This document shows, one piece after another, positions 26,012 through 41,451 of a stretch of 64,000 bases of DNA. Position 1 is the stretch's first letter, and every line of letters starts with the position of its first letter. The stretch spans positions 14,260,001 through 14,324,000 of the forward strand of contig OX597816.1 in assembly GCA_951406725.2 (NCBI GenBank). The letters run 5' to 3'. The stretch comes from Octopus vulgaris (Eukaryota). The translations under genes were made by a program, and so were the position numbers. A model generated the notes under the pieces. That model did not search any database and was not told the DNA's origin. It saw nothing but the letters and a program-made list of their open reading frames with translations.

Positions 26012-26735
26012 GGTCTTACACATATTTCCGGAATATTTATTATATTCCTTCATCGGAGACGTTGTGAGAAAATGGTTAAGCAATAGTTATTTCAGATTAC
26101 GATATGAAATAGAGAATGAAGTAGAGGAATGAAAATAGACATGAGATATGCAAGGATATTGCATCTGTAGATCCATTATTTAGGCAGAATGGTATACATA
26201 TATTAAATGTATGTGTTTGGGGTCTAGGTTGCCTAGGTGTAAGACCTTCAAGAGTTTCATCGACGAGTGTGTGTGGTTGGTGCGATTTTGGGGATGTGAT
26301 TTGAGATATATATTGTTTGAGCCTGGTGTTATGGATGTATTCTATTTGTTGGGAAAAGCCGCTAGCGGCGAGTGCTTGATTGTAATATGGTGCGTGATTA
26401 TTGAAAATTTCCTCAGTAGAAGAGAGGTCGGATATGCTGGTTGAGATGCCGTTGATTGTGTTATCGAAAGTGGATTTGTGGTGATTGGAGTGGATGTTAA
26501 GGTACTTAAGATATTTGTTAGGTTTGTGGTAAGGAAAGTATTGGGAGGCTGATAATTTTAGAGTGATGTCAAGAAAGTTTAGAGTTACGTCAAGCGTTTT
26601 CGAATGTGATAGATAGATAGAGAAGAATTTATGTAGATCCTTTCTAGTTCTTTCTAAGGAGGATTTATTTATGCTTTTGGTAACTAATAAGCCCTCGTCC
26701 CTGTATAGGCCTCCCGTGATGTTATGGAAATGTAT
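26012..26735 (-). pseudogene. Relic of a second PLE family: RT palm/thumb fragment plus a downstream degenerate HHR (26012-26060)
   Basis: Minus-strand translation GGLYRDEGLLV..LNFLDITL..YFPYHKPNKYLKYLNIHSNH..ISDLSSTEEIFNNHAPYYNQALAASGF. HHR: gtct-CCGATGA-a-ggaatat/aataa/atattcc-GGAAA..TA-agac. Confidence 0.8.
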
Positions 26736-27109
26736 ATGGATGATTCAGCTCAGGTGTTCAATTCCCGGCGGCGCGTTGTGTTCTTGAGCAAGGCACTTTA
26801 TTTCACTTTGCTCCAGTCCACTCAATTGGTAAAAATGAGCAGTACTTGTATTTCAAAAGCGCCAGTCTTTTTACATTGTGTGTCACGCTGAAAAACCCTG
26901 AGAACTATATTAAGGGCACGCATGTCTGTGGAATACTCAGCCACATGCACGTTAATTTCAAGAGCAAACTGTTCCGACAGAATGCCAGTTGTGATATATA
27001 AATACATACATACATACATACATATATATATATGTGTGTATGTATGTATTATGTATATATATATGTATATGTATGTGTATATATATATGTGTGTGTATGT
27101 AATGTATGC

Positions 27110-27165
<56 letters not shown>

Positions 27166-27704
27166 GAGGAGAAAAGGAGATACATAGATAATTGATAGAT
27201 GTGTCAAAGTATACATCTATACGCAAAAAAGGCTATCATAGACACAAACAATTAGTGCTTAGACCGCCCAGATATCTAAAATCCAACATCAAACGAAATA
27301 AGATGGAGTCCAGACAAACAAGAGCTGGCTATATATGTATGTATGTATGTATATATATATATATATATTGAACTTTATAGTTTTGTTTAGTTTAGTTTAG
27401 TTTTGTTTTGTCTTCTACTGAAGTAATATAGTAAAAATAAATAAATAAATAAAACTCGTATAGAAGATGTAATATATATACGGATAGTGCTTCATAGATG
27501 TATTGATGGAATCATTACAAAAAGAAAACAACAACAAAAAAACGCAATTTTCATAGGCTTGCTTCCCAACCACATAGTTCTGAGTTCAGTCCCACTACAT
27601 GACACCATCGGCAAATGTCATCTACTATATCCTCGGGCCTACCAAAGCCTTGTGGTAGACGGATAGTGCAAGAAGCCCTTTCTATCTCACTCTCACTCAC
27701 TATC

Positions 27705-27741
<37 letters not shown>

Positions 27742-27923
27742 AACTATCTATATATGTATGTGTGTGTGCGTGTGTGTATCTATATATATACACACATACA
27801 CACACACACGCATATATATATACATAACGGGAAGGTTTACGAAAATAAACAAAAGACGAAGGCAGGGGGAGTACAAACAAACAAATGTATTAGTATGTCG
27901 CTCAGGAATAGAAATAGAACAAG

Positions 27924-27961
27924 TCTTTAACGTTTCGAGCCTACGCTCTTCGACAGAAAGA
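27924..27961 (-). ncRNA. Minimal hammerhead-like motif (CTGTCGA variant) in a PLE-derived fragment at ~27828-28260
   Basis: Minus strand reads tcttt-CTGTCGA-a-gagc/gtag/gctc-GAAA-cg-TT-aaaga. Confidence 0.6.
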
Positions 27962-28684
27962 TACACAGAAAAAAAACAAGGAGAGAAACAAGGAGAGAAA
28001 AAAATGCGTGTAGGAGCTAACGATCTATCATGGCGTCCTGACTTCGGGCAGAGGTCAGACTCTAGAGGGACAGTAGGGGAGATGACAGGGTCAAGTGACT
28101 TCCAAAACGAAGGTGTCCCCAACACAAAGGTGTGTGTGTGTATAAGAGAGTGTGTATGTGCGTGTGAAAGAGGGCTGGTGGTTTGGACGTGTGTGTGTAT
28201 GTATGCGTGGGTGTGAAGATGTGAGGATGGGTGTGTGGGTGGTGTATGGGGGTGGTGTATATATATATATTTGTCTTTGCGTCTGTTTGTCTCCCTATAC
28301 TCACCGGTGTTGATTTGCTTACGTACCTGTAACTTCATGTTTCAATAAACGTGATCGATAGAACAAAGTGCCAGACTTTAAACGAATAAGAACTGAGGTC
28401 GATTAGTTCGACGGAAATTACATCAAGGTGGTACTCCAGCATGGCCGCAGTTCAATGAATGAAACAAGTGAAAGATAAAATATGAAAGTTAGAATATAGG
28501 TATAAGAAGGATAGCAAATATATTTATTTCTATAGTCGCTATCTTTATTTCTATGAGAATCGAGATAACATCCATTGTTATGGCTTACCGAGGCATTTCA
28601 TCTTCGTCTGTTCTCAGGCCAAGTAAGAATAATGACTTACTGAGTTACACACATTTTCCAAGATGCCAACTTCCAGCCAGACTA

Positions 28685-28740
<56 letters not shown>

Positions 28741-28777
28741 AGAGAGAGAGATGGTGTTCGAAATAGTTTATGACTAA

Positions 28778-29170
28778 TCTTTTCTACTTTTCGCACAAGG
28801 AACGAAGATTTTGGTGGGGAGGAGCAGTCGATTAGATCGACTCCAGTACGCAATTTAGCGACCCCGAAAGGATGAAAAGCAAAGTCGACCTCGGCGGAAT
28901 TTGAACTCAGAACGTAGCGGCAGATGAAGTTCTACAAAGCATTTCGCCCGGCTTGCTAACGTTTCTTATTTCTTTATTGCCCACAAGGGGCTAAACATAG
29001 AGGGGACAAGCAAGGACAGACAAAGGGATTAAGTCGATTACATCGACCTGATTTGTTTAACTGGTACTTAATTTACCGACCCGAAAGGATGAAATGCAAA
29101 GTCGACCTCGGCGGAATTTGAACCCAGAGCGTGCAGACAGATGAAATGCCGCTAAGCATTGTGACCAGCG
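28778..29170 (-). mobile_element. SINE family B dimer; a monomer follows at 29318-29529
   Basis: Repeated gtcgacctcggcggaatttgaac units. Confidence 0.85.
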
Positions 29171-30010
29171 ATGTGTAGCAACATCTGATAGCCTGGTCGG
29201 TCACGGTGATATTGACTACTGAACTTATTTGTATGTGTAGTGCGTATTTTACAGATGTGTATAGCGAACCTATAGGTTAAAGAAAATCAGCACGGCTATA
29301 CATAGCCATACCTATGCCTTTCAACTCTAGGTACAAGGCCCGAAATTTTGGGGGAGAGGGCCAGTCGATTACATCGACTCCAGTACGTAACTGGTACTTA
29401 ATTTATCGACTCCGAAAGGATGAAAAGCAAAGTCAACCTCGGCGATATTTGAACTCAGAACATAAAGACAGACGAAATACCTCTAAGTATTTCGCCCGGC
29501 GTGCTAACGTTTCTGCCAGCTCGCCACCTATACACACAGGCGCACAATCATACATATATGAGTATGAATATTTATGTATACATAAATACATATGTACATA
29601 TGTACGAATATAAACAGAAACAAAAAAAAATAACACATACATATATACATACATACCTAAGTACACATACACGCACACACATTCAAGCACACACACGCAC
29701 GCATTGGTTTCAAATTTTGGCAAAAAGCCGTCAATATCGTGGGGTGGGGAGGCAATTACACTAACCCCCCCTCCACTCCCAGTGCTCATCTGAGAGCTAA
29801 CTCATCGAGTTCGAAAGTATGAAAGCACACGCAGATATTGAAACTGGATTCTTATCGCTTGACTCGATTTTCACGCCATGCCATTCAATTAGTAAACATT
29901 CAGAATTGGAATGAATAAATAAAATCGAATATTAAGTATTTACGGAATTTTGATTTCCAGTCCTGGTGACTTTTGGCCAACCCTGTAGATTTCCAACATA
30001 TTAATTACTC

Positions 30011-30072
<62 letters not shown>

Positions 30073-30112
30073 ATTTATCTATCTATCTATACATCTCCCA
30101 TTTGTTCAACAC

Positions 30113-30142
30113 TATACATACGTACATACATACATACATACA

Positions 30143-30174
<32 letters not shown>

Positions 30175-30369
30175 CATACATACATACATATATATACATA
30201 CATACACTCACATACATACATACATACATACACACAGACATACATACATACATGCATACATACATACACACATACATACATACATACATACATACAGACA
30301 TACATACATACATTCATACATACATACATACATACATACATACAAACATACATACATACATATATACAT

Positions 30370-30400
<31 letters not shown>

Positions 30401-30775
30401 CATACATACATACATACATACATACATACATACATACATACAAACATACATACATACAAACATACATACATACAAACATACATACATACATACATACACA
30501 TACATACATACACACACATACATACATACATACATACATACATACATACATACACACATACATACATACATACATACATACATACATACATACATACATA
30601 CATACATACACATACATACATACATACATATACATACATACATACATACATATACATACATACATACATACATACACACATACATACATACACATACATA
30701 CATACTCACATACATACATACATACATACATACATACATACATACATACATACATACATACATACATACATACAA
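30113..30775. repeat. ~660-bp (TACA)n microsatellite
   Basis: Direct reading. Confidence 0.98.
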
Positions 30776-30904
30776 ATATGTGACCGCGTGTGTATCGTTG
30801 GCGATTTTCTTTCTCCGTCTTCCCTTCTTTGGACTTCTTTTGCGTAGAGTAGAAAAGAACACTTGTTACACTGTTCCTGAAATGAAGAAATAACTGGCAA
30901 GGCT

Positions 30905-31156
30905 CTTTTATTCTTGCATTGGTTTCAGTCATTTGACTGCGTCCATGCTGGAGCACCAACTTTTAGTTGAATAAATCGAATCCAAGACTTATTCTTTGTA
31001 AGCCTACTACTTTTTGCCGAACCGCTAGGTTACGGGGACGTAAACACACCAACATCGGTTGTCAAGCGATGGTAGGAGACAAACACAGACATAAATATAA
31101 ACATATATATATATACACATATATGCATACATATATATACATACATACATACATAC

Positions 31157-31189
<33 letters not shown>

Positions 31190-31243
31190 TGTATGTATGT
31201 ATGTATGTATGTATGTATGTATGCATGTATGTATGTACGTATG

Positions 31244-31282
<39 letters not shown>

Positions 31283-31430
31283 TTATACGACAGGCTTCTT
31301 TCAGTTTCCGTCTACCAAATCCACCCACAAGGCTTTGGTCGGCCCGAGGCTATAGTAGAAGACACTTGCCCAAGGTGCCACGTAGTGGGACTGAACCCGG
31401 AACCATGTGGTTGGTAAGCAAGCCACTCCT
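30905..31430 (-). mobile_element. SINE family A
   Basis: Body and tail motifs with an expanded internal (TATG)n. Confidence 0.9.
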
Positions 31431-32321
31431 GGAAAACCTTTAATGAGTTGTCTGATCGATCGACGCCAACCATGATATGGAAGAGAGCTGCAGAACACAA
31501 ATACCTTTGAAAAGAAATAAAACGCTTTCCCTAATCTTTCTCGGGAATTATAATTCCTCTGGAACCCCAACCCATCACATGGTTTCCTCGTTATCATTAG
31601 CCTGCATGTATTTACATTTAATATCAACTGTATTAGCCTCACTTAACCACGTTTAGGAGATAAGAGGCGCTAAGTATCTTCTTTAGCTACATATCTTTTC
31701 ATTTTGAAACAAACACGCTTAGCTTAGCCACTGTGCTGAGCTAAACACGCTACAGCTTCAGCAGTCGTTGAATAACCATCATACATTTCTCTTATATAGA
31801 GATAAATTTATACGTGAGTGATAGTGTTTTGCTGGTTGCTTCATTAGAGACGGAACGGCGGATTAATAAGAAATATCTGAGTATAAAGATAATAGGAAAT
31901 ATAAATACAAAGAGTCCCTAACGAGGGGAAATAGCATAAATACCTACTGTGTTGTGCATATTCATATATATATGTAAGAACACATACACACACACACACA
32001 CGCATACACATATGAAATTGCATTCAGCGAAGTTTTTACAGCCCAGCAGGCGATCAGCATTATCAGTTAATGTATTATTTATTCTTTCTTACATATCGAG
32101 GTCCGAATTTCGTAGGCGTGTAATAAATGGGTACGTTAGTGACAATCTTCAATAGAGGCGAAACACGTGTAATGTTTCTAGGAACCACTGCTGCGATGAT
32201 GCTCATTTCACTTCGACAGATATTATGTTTTAGCACATGTCTAAGAGGAGATTTTCTCTCAGACAAAACTATAGCAGCAGGCCATTCAATATATATATAT
32301 ATACACACATATATATGTATG

Positions 32322-32366
<45 letters not shown>

Positions 32367-32384
32367 ACACACATACATATATAT

Positions 32385-32804
32385 ACTCTTTACTCTTTAC
32401 TCTTTTACTTGTTTCAGTCATTTGACTGCGGCCATGCTGGAGCACCGCCTTTAGTCGAGCAAATCGACCCCGGGACTTATTCTTTTGTAAGCCCAGTACT
32501 TATTCTATCGGTCTCTTTTGCCGAACCGGTAAGTGACGGGAACGTAAACACACCAGCATCGGGTGTCAAGCAATGCTAGGGGGACAAACACAGACAAACA
32601 AACACACACACACACACATATATACATATATATATATATACGACAGGCTTCTTTTAGTTTCCGTCTACCAAATCCACTCACAAGGCATTGGTCGGCCCGG
32701 GGCTATAGCAGAAGACACTTGCCCAAGATGCCACGCAGTGGGACTGAACGCGCAACCATGTGGTTGGTTAGCAAGCTACTTACCACACAGCCACTCCTGC
32801 GCCT
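32385..32804 (-). mobile_element. SINE family A, full length
   Basis: Complete from head to (GAGTAAA)n tail. Confidence 0.92.
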
Positions 32805-32811
32805 ATATATG

Positions 32812-32943
<132 letters not shown>

Positions 32944-33148
32944 ACACCTCCTTTCCGAGTCGTATAGACTCATAAGACAGATTTTCCAGTTTCTGTATTT
33001 ACCGTGATTAAGAAGGTCGCTTTACAAGCAGTTGGTTTCCAGTCCTGTCCCACAGTCAAGGATCTTAGCTCTTACACTCTAACACCCGGGACTATTAACG
33101 CCATGTAAGTGAATCTAATAGACAGAAACTGCGTGGAAAGCTGACGTG

Positions 33149-33180
<32 letters not shown>

Positions 33181-33616
33181 TATTCTTTCATTCTTTAATG
33201 TGTTTCAGTCATTTGATTGCTGCCATGCTGGAGCACGGCCTTTAGTCGAACAAATCGACACCCAGGACTTATTCTTTGCAAGCCTAGTGCTTAGTCTATC
33301 AATTTACAGGGACGTAAACACACCAGCATCGGTTGTCATGCGATGGTGGGGGGTACAAACACAAACACACAAAAAGATACATTCATACACACATACACAT
33401 TTTTTTTTCAATCTCCATGCAAACAACATTTTTTATTGTTTATTTGAATTTGTATATAAGGAAGATAAAGTAGACAAATTAGTTTGGATCTGTTATGATT
33501 TATTATGAAGTTACCGATAGAAATTATAGTTACTGATAGTTAATGATACAAAACGGGAAAGACATCATGAAGGAAGTGTTTCGGATTAGAAATAAGTGAT
33601 ACATACCTCAGAATAC

Positions 33617-34047
33617 AAGAGTGGCTTGCTGTGTGGTAAGTAGCTTGATTACCAACTATATGGTTTCGGGTTCAGTCCCACTGCGTGGCACCTTGGACAA
33701 GTGTCTTCTACTATAGTCTCGAGCCGACCAAAGCCTTGTGAGTGGATTTAGTAGACGAAAACTGAAAGAAGCCCGTCGTATATATGTATATGTATATATG
33801 TATGTGTGTGTGTGTGTATGTGTTTGTGTGTCTGTGTTTGTCCCCCCAACATCGCTTGACAACCGATGCTGATGTGTTTGCGTCCCTGTAACTTAGCGGT
33901 TCGGAAAAAGAGACCGGTAGAATAAGTACTAGGCTTCCAAAGAATAAGTCCTGGGGTGGATTTGCTCGACTAAAGGCGGTGTTCCAGCATGGCCTCAGTC
34001 AAATGACTGAAACAAGTAAAAGAGTAAAAGAGTAAAAGAGTAAAAGA

Positions 34048-34052
<5 letters not shown>
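33617..34052 (+). mobile_element. SINE family A, full length
   Basis: Complete, with a (GAGTAAAA)4 tail. Confidence 0.92.
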
Positions 34053-34124
<72 letters not shown>

Positions 34125-35011
34125 TGTGTGTGTATATATTTACTAGAAATTTCTGAGCGAAAATATATGGAATAATATGTTAAGAGGTGAAAAACAGAAA
34201 CTGAAGGCCTTGATATATCAGGATAAAAAAAAAAAAATAATGTCTACCATAAACGAAAGAAATCTAAAAAAGAAAAAAAAAACGGACAGAGAGGAATGCT
34301 TATTATGTGAAACCAAAAAATGTAATCGACCACACCGTGTCAGGTAGTACAGTTTCAACAAACAATATTAGTATATTAACAAGCACAATAACGCTGATTG
34401 CTGTATCTTCCATGGCACTAAATACTCTCATCGTATCATACGAATAGAAGGAGAAAAAACAGGAGAGAAATATCAGCTGTCAGGCTATGTTACTAATTGA
34501 AAGAATCCATGCAAATAATTTCAAATTATTATATAATAATGTAATGGGATGAAATCCGAGATTTTCCTTTGGTAATCATTTATAGCAGGAAACTTTGAAT
34601 AAACAAGCGAAATGACATAGTGTTTAACTTGCTTGTTTGATAGAGTGAGTCGAGATATTGGCTTTCTCTGATGGGAGCGTTGAATGGAGAGACGCAGAAA
34701 GGGAAAAGAAAAAATACGAGCAAAAAACCAGCGGTTTTGACAGAAATAAATTTTAGACAAAATTGATGGAGTTTTTTTTGCAAAGCTACTTTCACTATTG
34801 CTACACGACATAATTTACGGCTGACAGAGCGGAGGGTTGTTATCTTTTATCTTTTAATCATTTCAGTCATTGGATTACGGCCATGCTGGGGCACTACCTT
34901 GAAGAGTTTAGTCAAATAAATTGACCCCTAACCAGTACTGGCTGCCAAGCGGTTGTGGAGGACAAACACAGCACAAATAGTCACGCGCACACACGCACGT
35001 ACAGACACAAG

Positions 35012-35069
<58 letters not shown>

Positions 35070-35150
35070 TGTATATATATATGACCTCGTGTGTATCGTT
35101 GGCAATTTTTTTCTTTCGTTTTCCCTTCCTTGGATCTTTCCTTTTCCTAT

Positions 35151-35185
35151 GTTTCTGACGAAGAGCTCCGCTCGGAACGTTAAAT
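35151..35185 (+). ncRNA. Minimal hammerhead-like motif in a PLE-derived fragment at ~35080-35270
   Basis: gttt-CTGACGA-a-gagc/tcc/gctc-GGAA-cg-TT-aaat; GAAA is mutated. Confidence 0.55.
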
Positions 35186-36360
35186 CCTCCTTCTTTCTTT
35201 CCTTTCCTGAGCGTCCAATAACACTCGCGTTGTTGTGCTTTCTCTTTGTGTTTTCATGTTTGGATTAACTATGTGTGGAAGCCCATTATATATATATATA
35301 ATGGACTTCCACACAGTTTCCATCAATCAAGTTTACATACAGGGTACAGGGAGTGACCCCGAAAACGTAACTGCAAAGCGAGATTCTTTAGCCATACGTA
35401 CATACTTGGACATAAGTCATAGGTCCCCATTTGAAACAAAAATCCCCGTTCATCAGTTGGGTGGTGGAAGCCAAAGAATTAGAAAAAAGTGTAAAACATG
35501 AAGCACTCAGTCTCTTGTTTGTAATATACGCAACCCGAAGTCGGTGATAAGATGTCTATAAACAACCACTGGAGAGACTAGACAGATTCAGGTACAGAAA
35601 ATTATATCTTTTATTACACGAACAACAACAACAACAGCAGTAGTAGCAGTAGCAGCAGCAGCAATAGCGGCAGCAGAAGCAACAACAACAAGTGGAGATG
35701 CAATGGCCCAGTGGTTAGGGCATCGGACTCGCGGTCGTAAGAACGCGGTTTCAATTCCCAGATCGGGCATTGTGAGTGTTTATTGAGCAAAAACCTAAGC
35801 TCCACGAGGCTCCGTTGGGGGGGCGGGTGGTAAACCCTGCTGTACTCTTTCACCTCAAGTTTCTCTCACTCTTTCTTCCCACTTTTGCCGCAAAGCAGAG
35901 GAACCATGGTGTAAGCGACTATGGTGTGGTAAACTTTAAGACCCTAGTCTAGATTGCGAATCCTCTGTACCCCAGGATGGTTCAGCTCTCCACCCGTTAA
36001 AAGCCACCGTTTACGGAATGAGGATAACAACGTAGCTTTCGCGCCCGTGCAACCGCCAGTCTATCGCGTGTGTTGGGTGGATCTTCAAGTTGCCACGCGC
36101 ATTCATAGTAGCTTAGAGTAGGCTCGAATTAGACATTATTCTTTGTGGCTAATGGCGTGAGTCCTGATTGGAAGAAGAAGAAGAAGAAGAAGAAGAAGAA
36201 GAAGAAGAAGAAGAAGAAGAAGAAGAAGAAGAAAACAACAACAACAGCAATAATGAAAGCAATGAAGGTTTCCTATTTAGGCATAAGATCAAAAGTTTAA
36301 TGGTGAGCATATTCAACTCAATCGACCACATGTACCACTACTACTAATACCACCACCACC

Positions 36361-36442
<82 letters not shown>

Positions 36443-38092
36443 TTGCTGCTGCTACTACTGTTCCTGCCGCGAATACTTTTATTGATGTTAATAATAGTTT
36501 CAAATTTTCGTACAAGGCCAGCAATTTTAAGGACTACATCAACATCTGTGCTCAACTGGTACTTATCTTATCAACCCCAAGAGAATGAAAGGCAAAATCG
36601 ATCTTGGTGCAATTTGAATTCAAGAAATAAAAGAATTTCGTACGACAATACCGATTCCATTATCCGAGTTGTCCTATAAGCTGTAATGACTTCGAACATT
36701 CCTGTAAAAATGTTATTTTAAGAATGATTTCCATAGATACACAGAGACAAATTTTATACGCGATTCAGTAGAATATTTAATTAACGCCATGCCCCAACTT
36801 GTGAAAACAGAATAAGCTATCAAAATTATATAACACTCCGTAAGTCATATATATTAACTCTTTATCTGGATATATATGTAGCAATGTCATTCGGATTAGG
36901 TTTTATCATAATATATATTTAAATTTGCACTAAGTAATTCTTGTCTTATAATCCCTGGTTTTAACATACAAACCTAATAATGAAAGGAATACGATTATGG
37001 CCAACATGAATTTCATTTAGCTTCGCATTAAACAGGTATTCGTATGTTCTGTATATCGAAGTAGCTGTATTTTAGATGATATTTTAAATATAGGATTGGG
37101 CTTCTGTTTTTCTTCCAGTCACTCATCAAAGCTACTTATCTAAGCTAGTTGTAGGGCTGTTCATCCGCACTGATAATCAACGGGTTTAATGGAATGCTAC
37201 CTCGGTCGGGTAATTAGTTCTGACGATTGGTAATACGACAAAATTTGCTCGGTCGCTTTGCAAACATGGGTTCATTCTTACAGCACAGCACATTAGGCAA
37301 GTGTCTTCTACTATATCTTCCTGCGACGGACCGGCGTCCCGTCCAGGTGGGGAACCTATATGCTAAGGAAACCGGGAAACCGACCCTTATGAGCCAGGTA
37401 TGACTCGAGAAGGAACAAACTATAGCTCCGGACCAACTAGTGTCGTGTAAGTAAATTTGGTACACGTAAACTGTGCGAACCCGTTATGTGTGTGGCCTTG
37501 TGGTCAGGGTGTTAAACTCCTGATCGCAAAATCGTGGTCTTGATTTCAAGACCGGCGGTGCCTCCTGTTCTTGAGCAAAACACATCATTTCATGTTGCTT
37601 CAATCCACTCAGTTTCAAAATGGCAATACTGCAACCAACGAACTGGTTTCCGGTCAAGGAGAGAATGTTGGCCTATCTGTTCTGCCAGGCTACAACAACG
37701 CGAGGAAACGCATTGTGATCAGTGGTGTATAACCACATCCGATAGTCTAATCGATGCAGTGACATATATGATGCTGAGAGCAGCTTCAAAATTCACCGAA
37801 GGCCTGGTCCCCCTGCCATCCGTCCTCTGAAAAAAAATCATGCTCGCGTCACAACACGATCTAATATGTCCTTCGTTAAAAAATAAATAAAACAGGTGAT
37901 AAGATATGATTTGAGAAAGAATTGGTTGTTATTTTTAACTGGGTAAGCAACCACATAGAAGCTCCTTCGTTTAGTTCGAAGTGAGTTCGCCAATTTGTTC
38001 TTCTCTCGATATGTGTTACTTTAGCAGAGCTGTTTGAGTCCTTAAATATCTGGGCGCGCGTAGAGAAATTGAGGAACTAATTGAAAGAGCAA

Positions 38093-38189
<97 letters not shown>
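38093..38189. repeat. (AAT)n microsatellite
   Basis: Direct reading. Confidence 0.98.
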
Positions 38190-38190
<1 letters not shown>

Positions 38191-38713
38191 ATAAATAAAT
38201 TAATTAATTAATAAATAAGTAAAAGTAAGCAAAAGACGGAAAGAGAAGTTGTAATGTGAGCTAATTTCTTTTTCTAGAGGAACAAAAAATCGTAGGGAAA
38301 ACAACAACACAAAAAAATTATAACAACGAAGAAGGAAACAGAAATAAAAATGAATGTAGAGGTAAACTATTATTAGTTTCCCCAGTGTTATAAATACGGG
38401 AAGAATACAATAGAATGTCGACATGTAAACAAACCAAGTAGCTTATTAGTTTTGGCGGCAGGTGAATATTTAGTTAACATTTAAGATGAACAGAAGAATA
38501 GATGTACAAGTAGGATACATACATACATTCATACATACATACATACATACACTCATACATACATACATACATACATACATACATACACTCATACATACAT
38601 ACATACATACATACATACATACATACATACATACATACGCACATATGGTGTATGTAGATAGATACATACATGCCCATATGTGCCCAAATCAATCCATATA
38701 CATGTATGTGAGA

Positions 38714-38760
<47 letters not shown>

Positions 38761-38825
38761 AGAATATATACATACATATATATATACATATATACATACA
38801 CATATATATATACATAAATATATAC

Positions 38826-38862
<37 letters not shown>

Positions 38863-39094
38863 CATATATATATAAGTATACATACATATATATGTGAATG
38901 TATGTGTGTGTACATGCATGTGTGTTAGCACATTTGTACATGCGTATGTGGGCGTGCATGCTTGTGTGTGCGAGTGTGTTGTTGTTATTCTTGTCAGTAT
39001 AGTACAGTTTACTCAAACCTACAGATCAGTGGGTAACCTTTTACTTGCATGAAAGAATTACCTCTTAATTTGGCCCTGAACCATTGATATATAT

Positions 39095-39326
39095 ATTTCT
39101 CTATTGTCCACAAGGGGCTAAACATAGAGTGGACAAACAAGGACAGACAAAGGGATTAAGTCGATTACATCGACCCCAGTGCGTAACTGGTACTTTATTT
39201 ATCGACCCCTAAAGGATGAACGGCAAAGTCGACCTCGGCGGGATTTGAAGTCAGAACGTAACGGCAGACGAAATACGGCTACGCATTTCGCCCGGCGTGC
39301 TAAAGATTCTGCAAGCTCGCCGGCCT
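39095..39326 (-). mobile_element. SINE family B monomer with TSD tgaaccattgatatata
   Basis: The flanking direct repeat is seen on both sides. Confidence 0.92.
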
Positions 39327-40088
39327 ATGAACCATTGATATATACACATATATATATATATATTTATATATTTCTATCTCTCTCACCTTGTCAAATAGAT
39401 TAAAAATGACGGAATCAAAATACGGCAACATTTGTCGATTATCCCCCCTTCTCGGCAAACAATGACCAGACTGTTCCTACCGCCCAGGCGCCTAAATTCA
39501 CTCGAGGAATTAATTCTTAATTTCTTGAAATTATCTCCCCTTGGTAATTTAAAAAAAATATTTTTGCATGTAGAAAGGAGTACAGAACGGGACTTTTATA
39601 GACACTCGAAGAATACTTTCAGTTCAGTCTCAGCCTGAAAACTGTGGACCAGGTGCAAAAACAGATTTTTACAAGGTAGACTACACTAAAGGTACTTAAG
39701 TATGTGCTGATGATGATAAACCGGGTGGTGTATTTGGCATACCATTTAGTAATACTTTAAGCGATGGTGGATAAAGGGCTGATAAGGAAATTGTGTAACA
39801 CGCGCGCGCGCACACACAAGTACAAACACATACGCATGTTATCGGCTTGAAAAACTGTTAGGATATTAAGATATTTTTCCTAACATGAAACCAATGGTAA
39901 CCATAATACACAAAAGAAAATATCGTTCGACGTTTACGTATATATATCGTAGGACGATATCTTAACTGATTGAAAGTTCGAAGTCATTGTTAATATTTTT
40001 GCTTAAGAATAATAAATTCTTAAGGCAACAAGTCAGATTAATGTAAAATTGTGTTTATTATAAGTGAACATAAAACAGACCTTTATAA

Positions 40089-40690
<602 letters not shown>

Positions 40691-41099
40691 TATACAATTG
40701 TATGTATGTTTATGTATGCTTAACAAATACATATATTATAATATATATGTGTATATGTGCTTGTGTACATTGTTGTGCATCCACGTTTACATATTTGCAC
40801 ATCGATCTACATATAATATCATATATTCTATTGATCTTTCCTTCCTGCTTCTTTCTCAGCTTGCAAGCAGAAACGTATACGTATGTGAGCGAAGCATCTA
40901 TGCACGTAAGAGTATATGATTGTGCATGTGTGTGTCTGTGTGTGTGAATGCCTATGAGGGTTTATTTGGTAAAGCCGCTTCTGTACAGGAAAAGATCAGA
41001 TAGTATTAAGTAGAGTGTTTGAAGACACTAACTGTCTATTAGTTGGTGGTTTCGAATTTGCAGGTTTGAAGTTACAGGTGAAACTACTAGAAGTACACA

Positions 41100-41153
41100 C
41101 GTATGTATGTATGTATGTATGTATGTATGTATGTATGTATGTATGTATGTATG

Positions 41154-41184
<31 letters not shown>

Positions 41185-41451
41185 GAATGAATGCATGTTC
41201 CCTTCTATTTTTAATTATTTGAAATGCTTCTTCAGAAAGGAGCTGGTTTCTAACAAAACTCTATCGTTGGAATGCAGATCACAAAAAGAATGTCATTTTA
41301 AACTTGAGAAAACTGTTGCATATTTTTCTATGCTAGTTACAGACTGCATCGGTAATGTTTCATTTCGCTGGTAGATTTCTTTTTCTGAAAAACATTAGTT
41401 TTTCCTGATTACCACCTAGGCATTTACTAACAAAACTAAGTGCAGCAATTA
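41100..41451 (-). mobile_element. RLE non-LTR 3' end ending in (CATA)n, homologous to 14623-15040
   Basis: Shares gcatttactaacaaaac; minus-strand translation VIAALSFVSKCL..KICNSFLKFKM. Confidence 0.65.

Noticed and set aside
28553-28622. Possible first exon of the Cys-rich gene (MRIEITSIVMAY.., gtaaga donor)
   Set aside because: No hydrophobic signal-peptide core, and the donor is phase 1 whereas exon A needs phase 0. ORF 32127 was also considered and lacks a donor.
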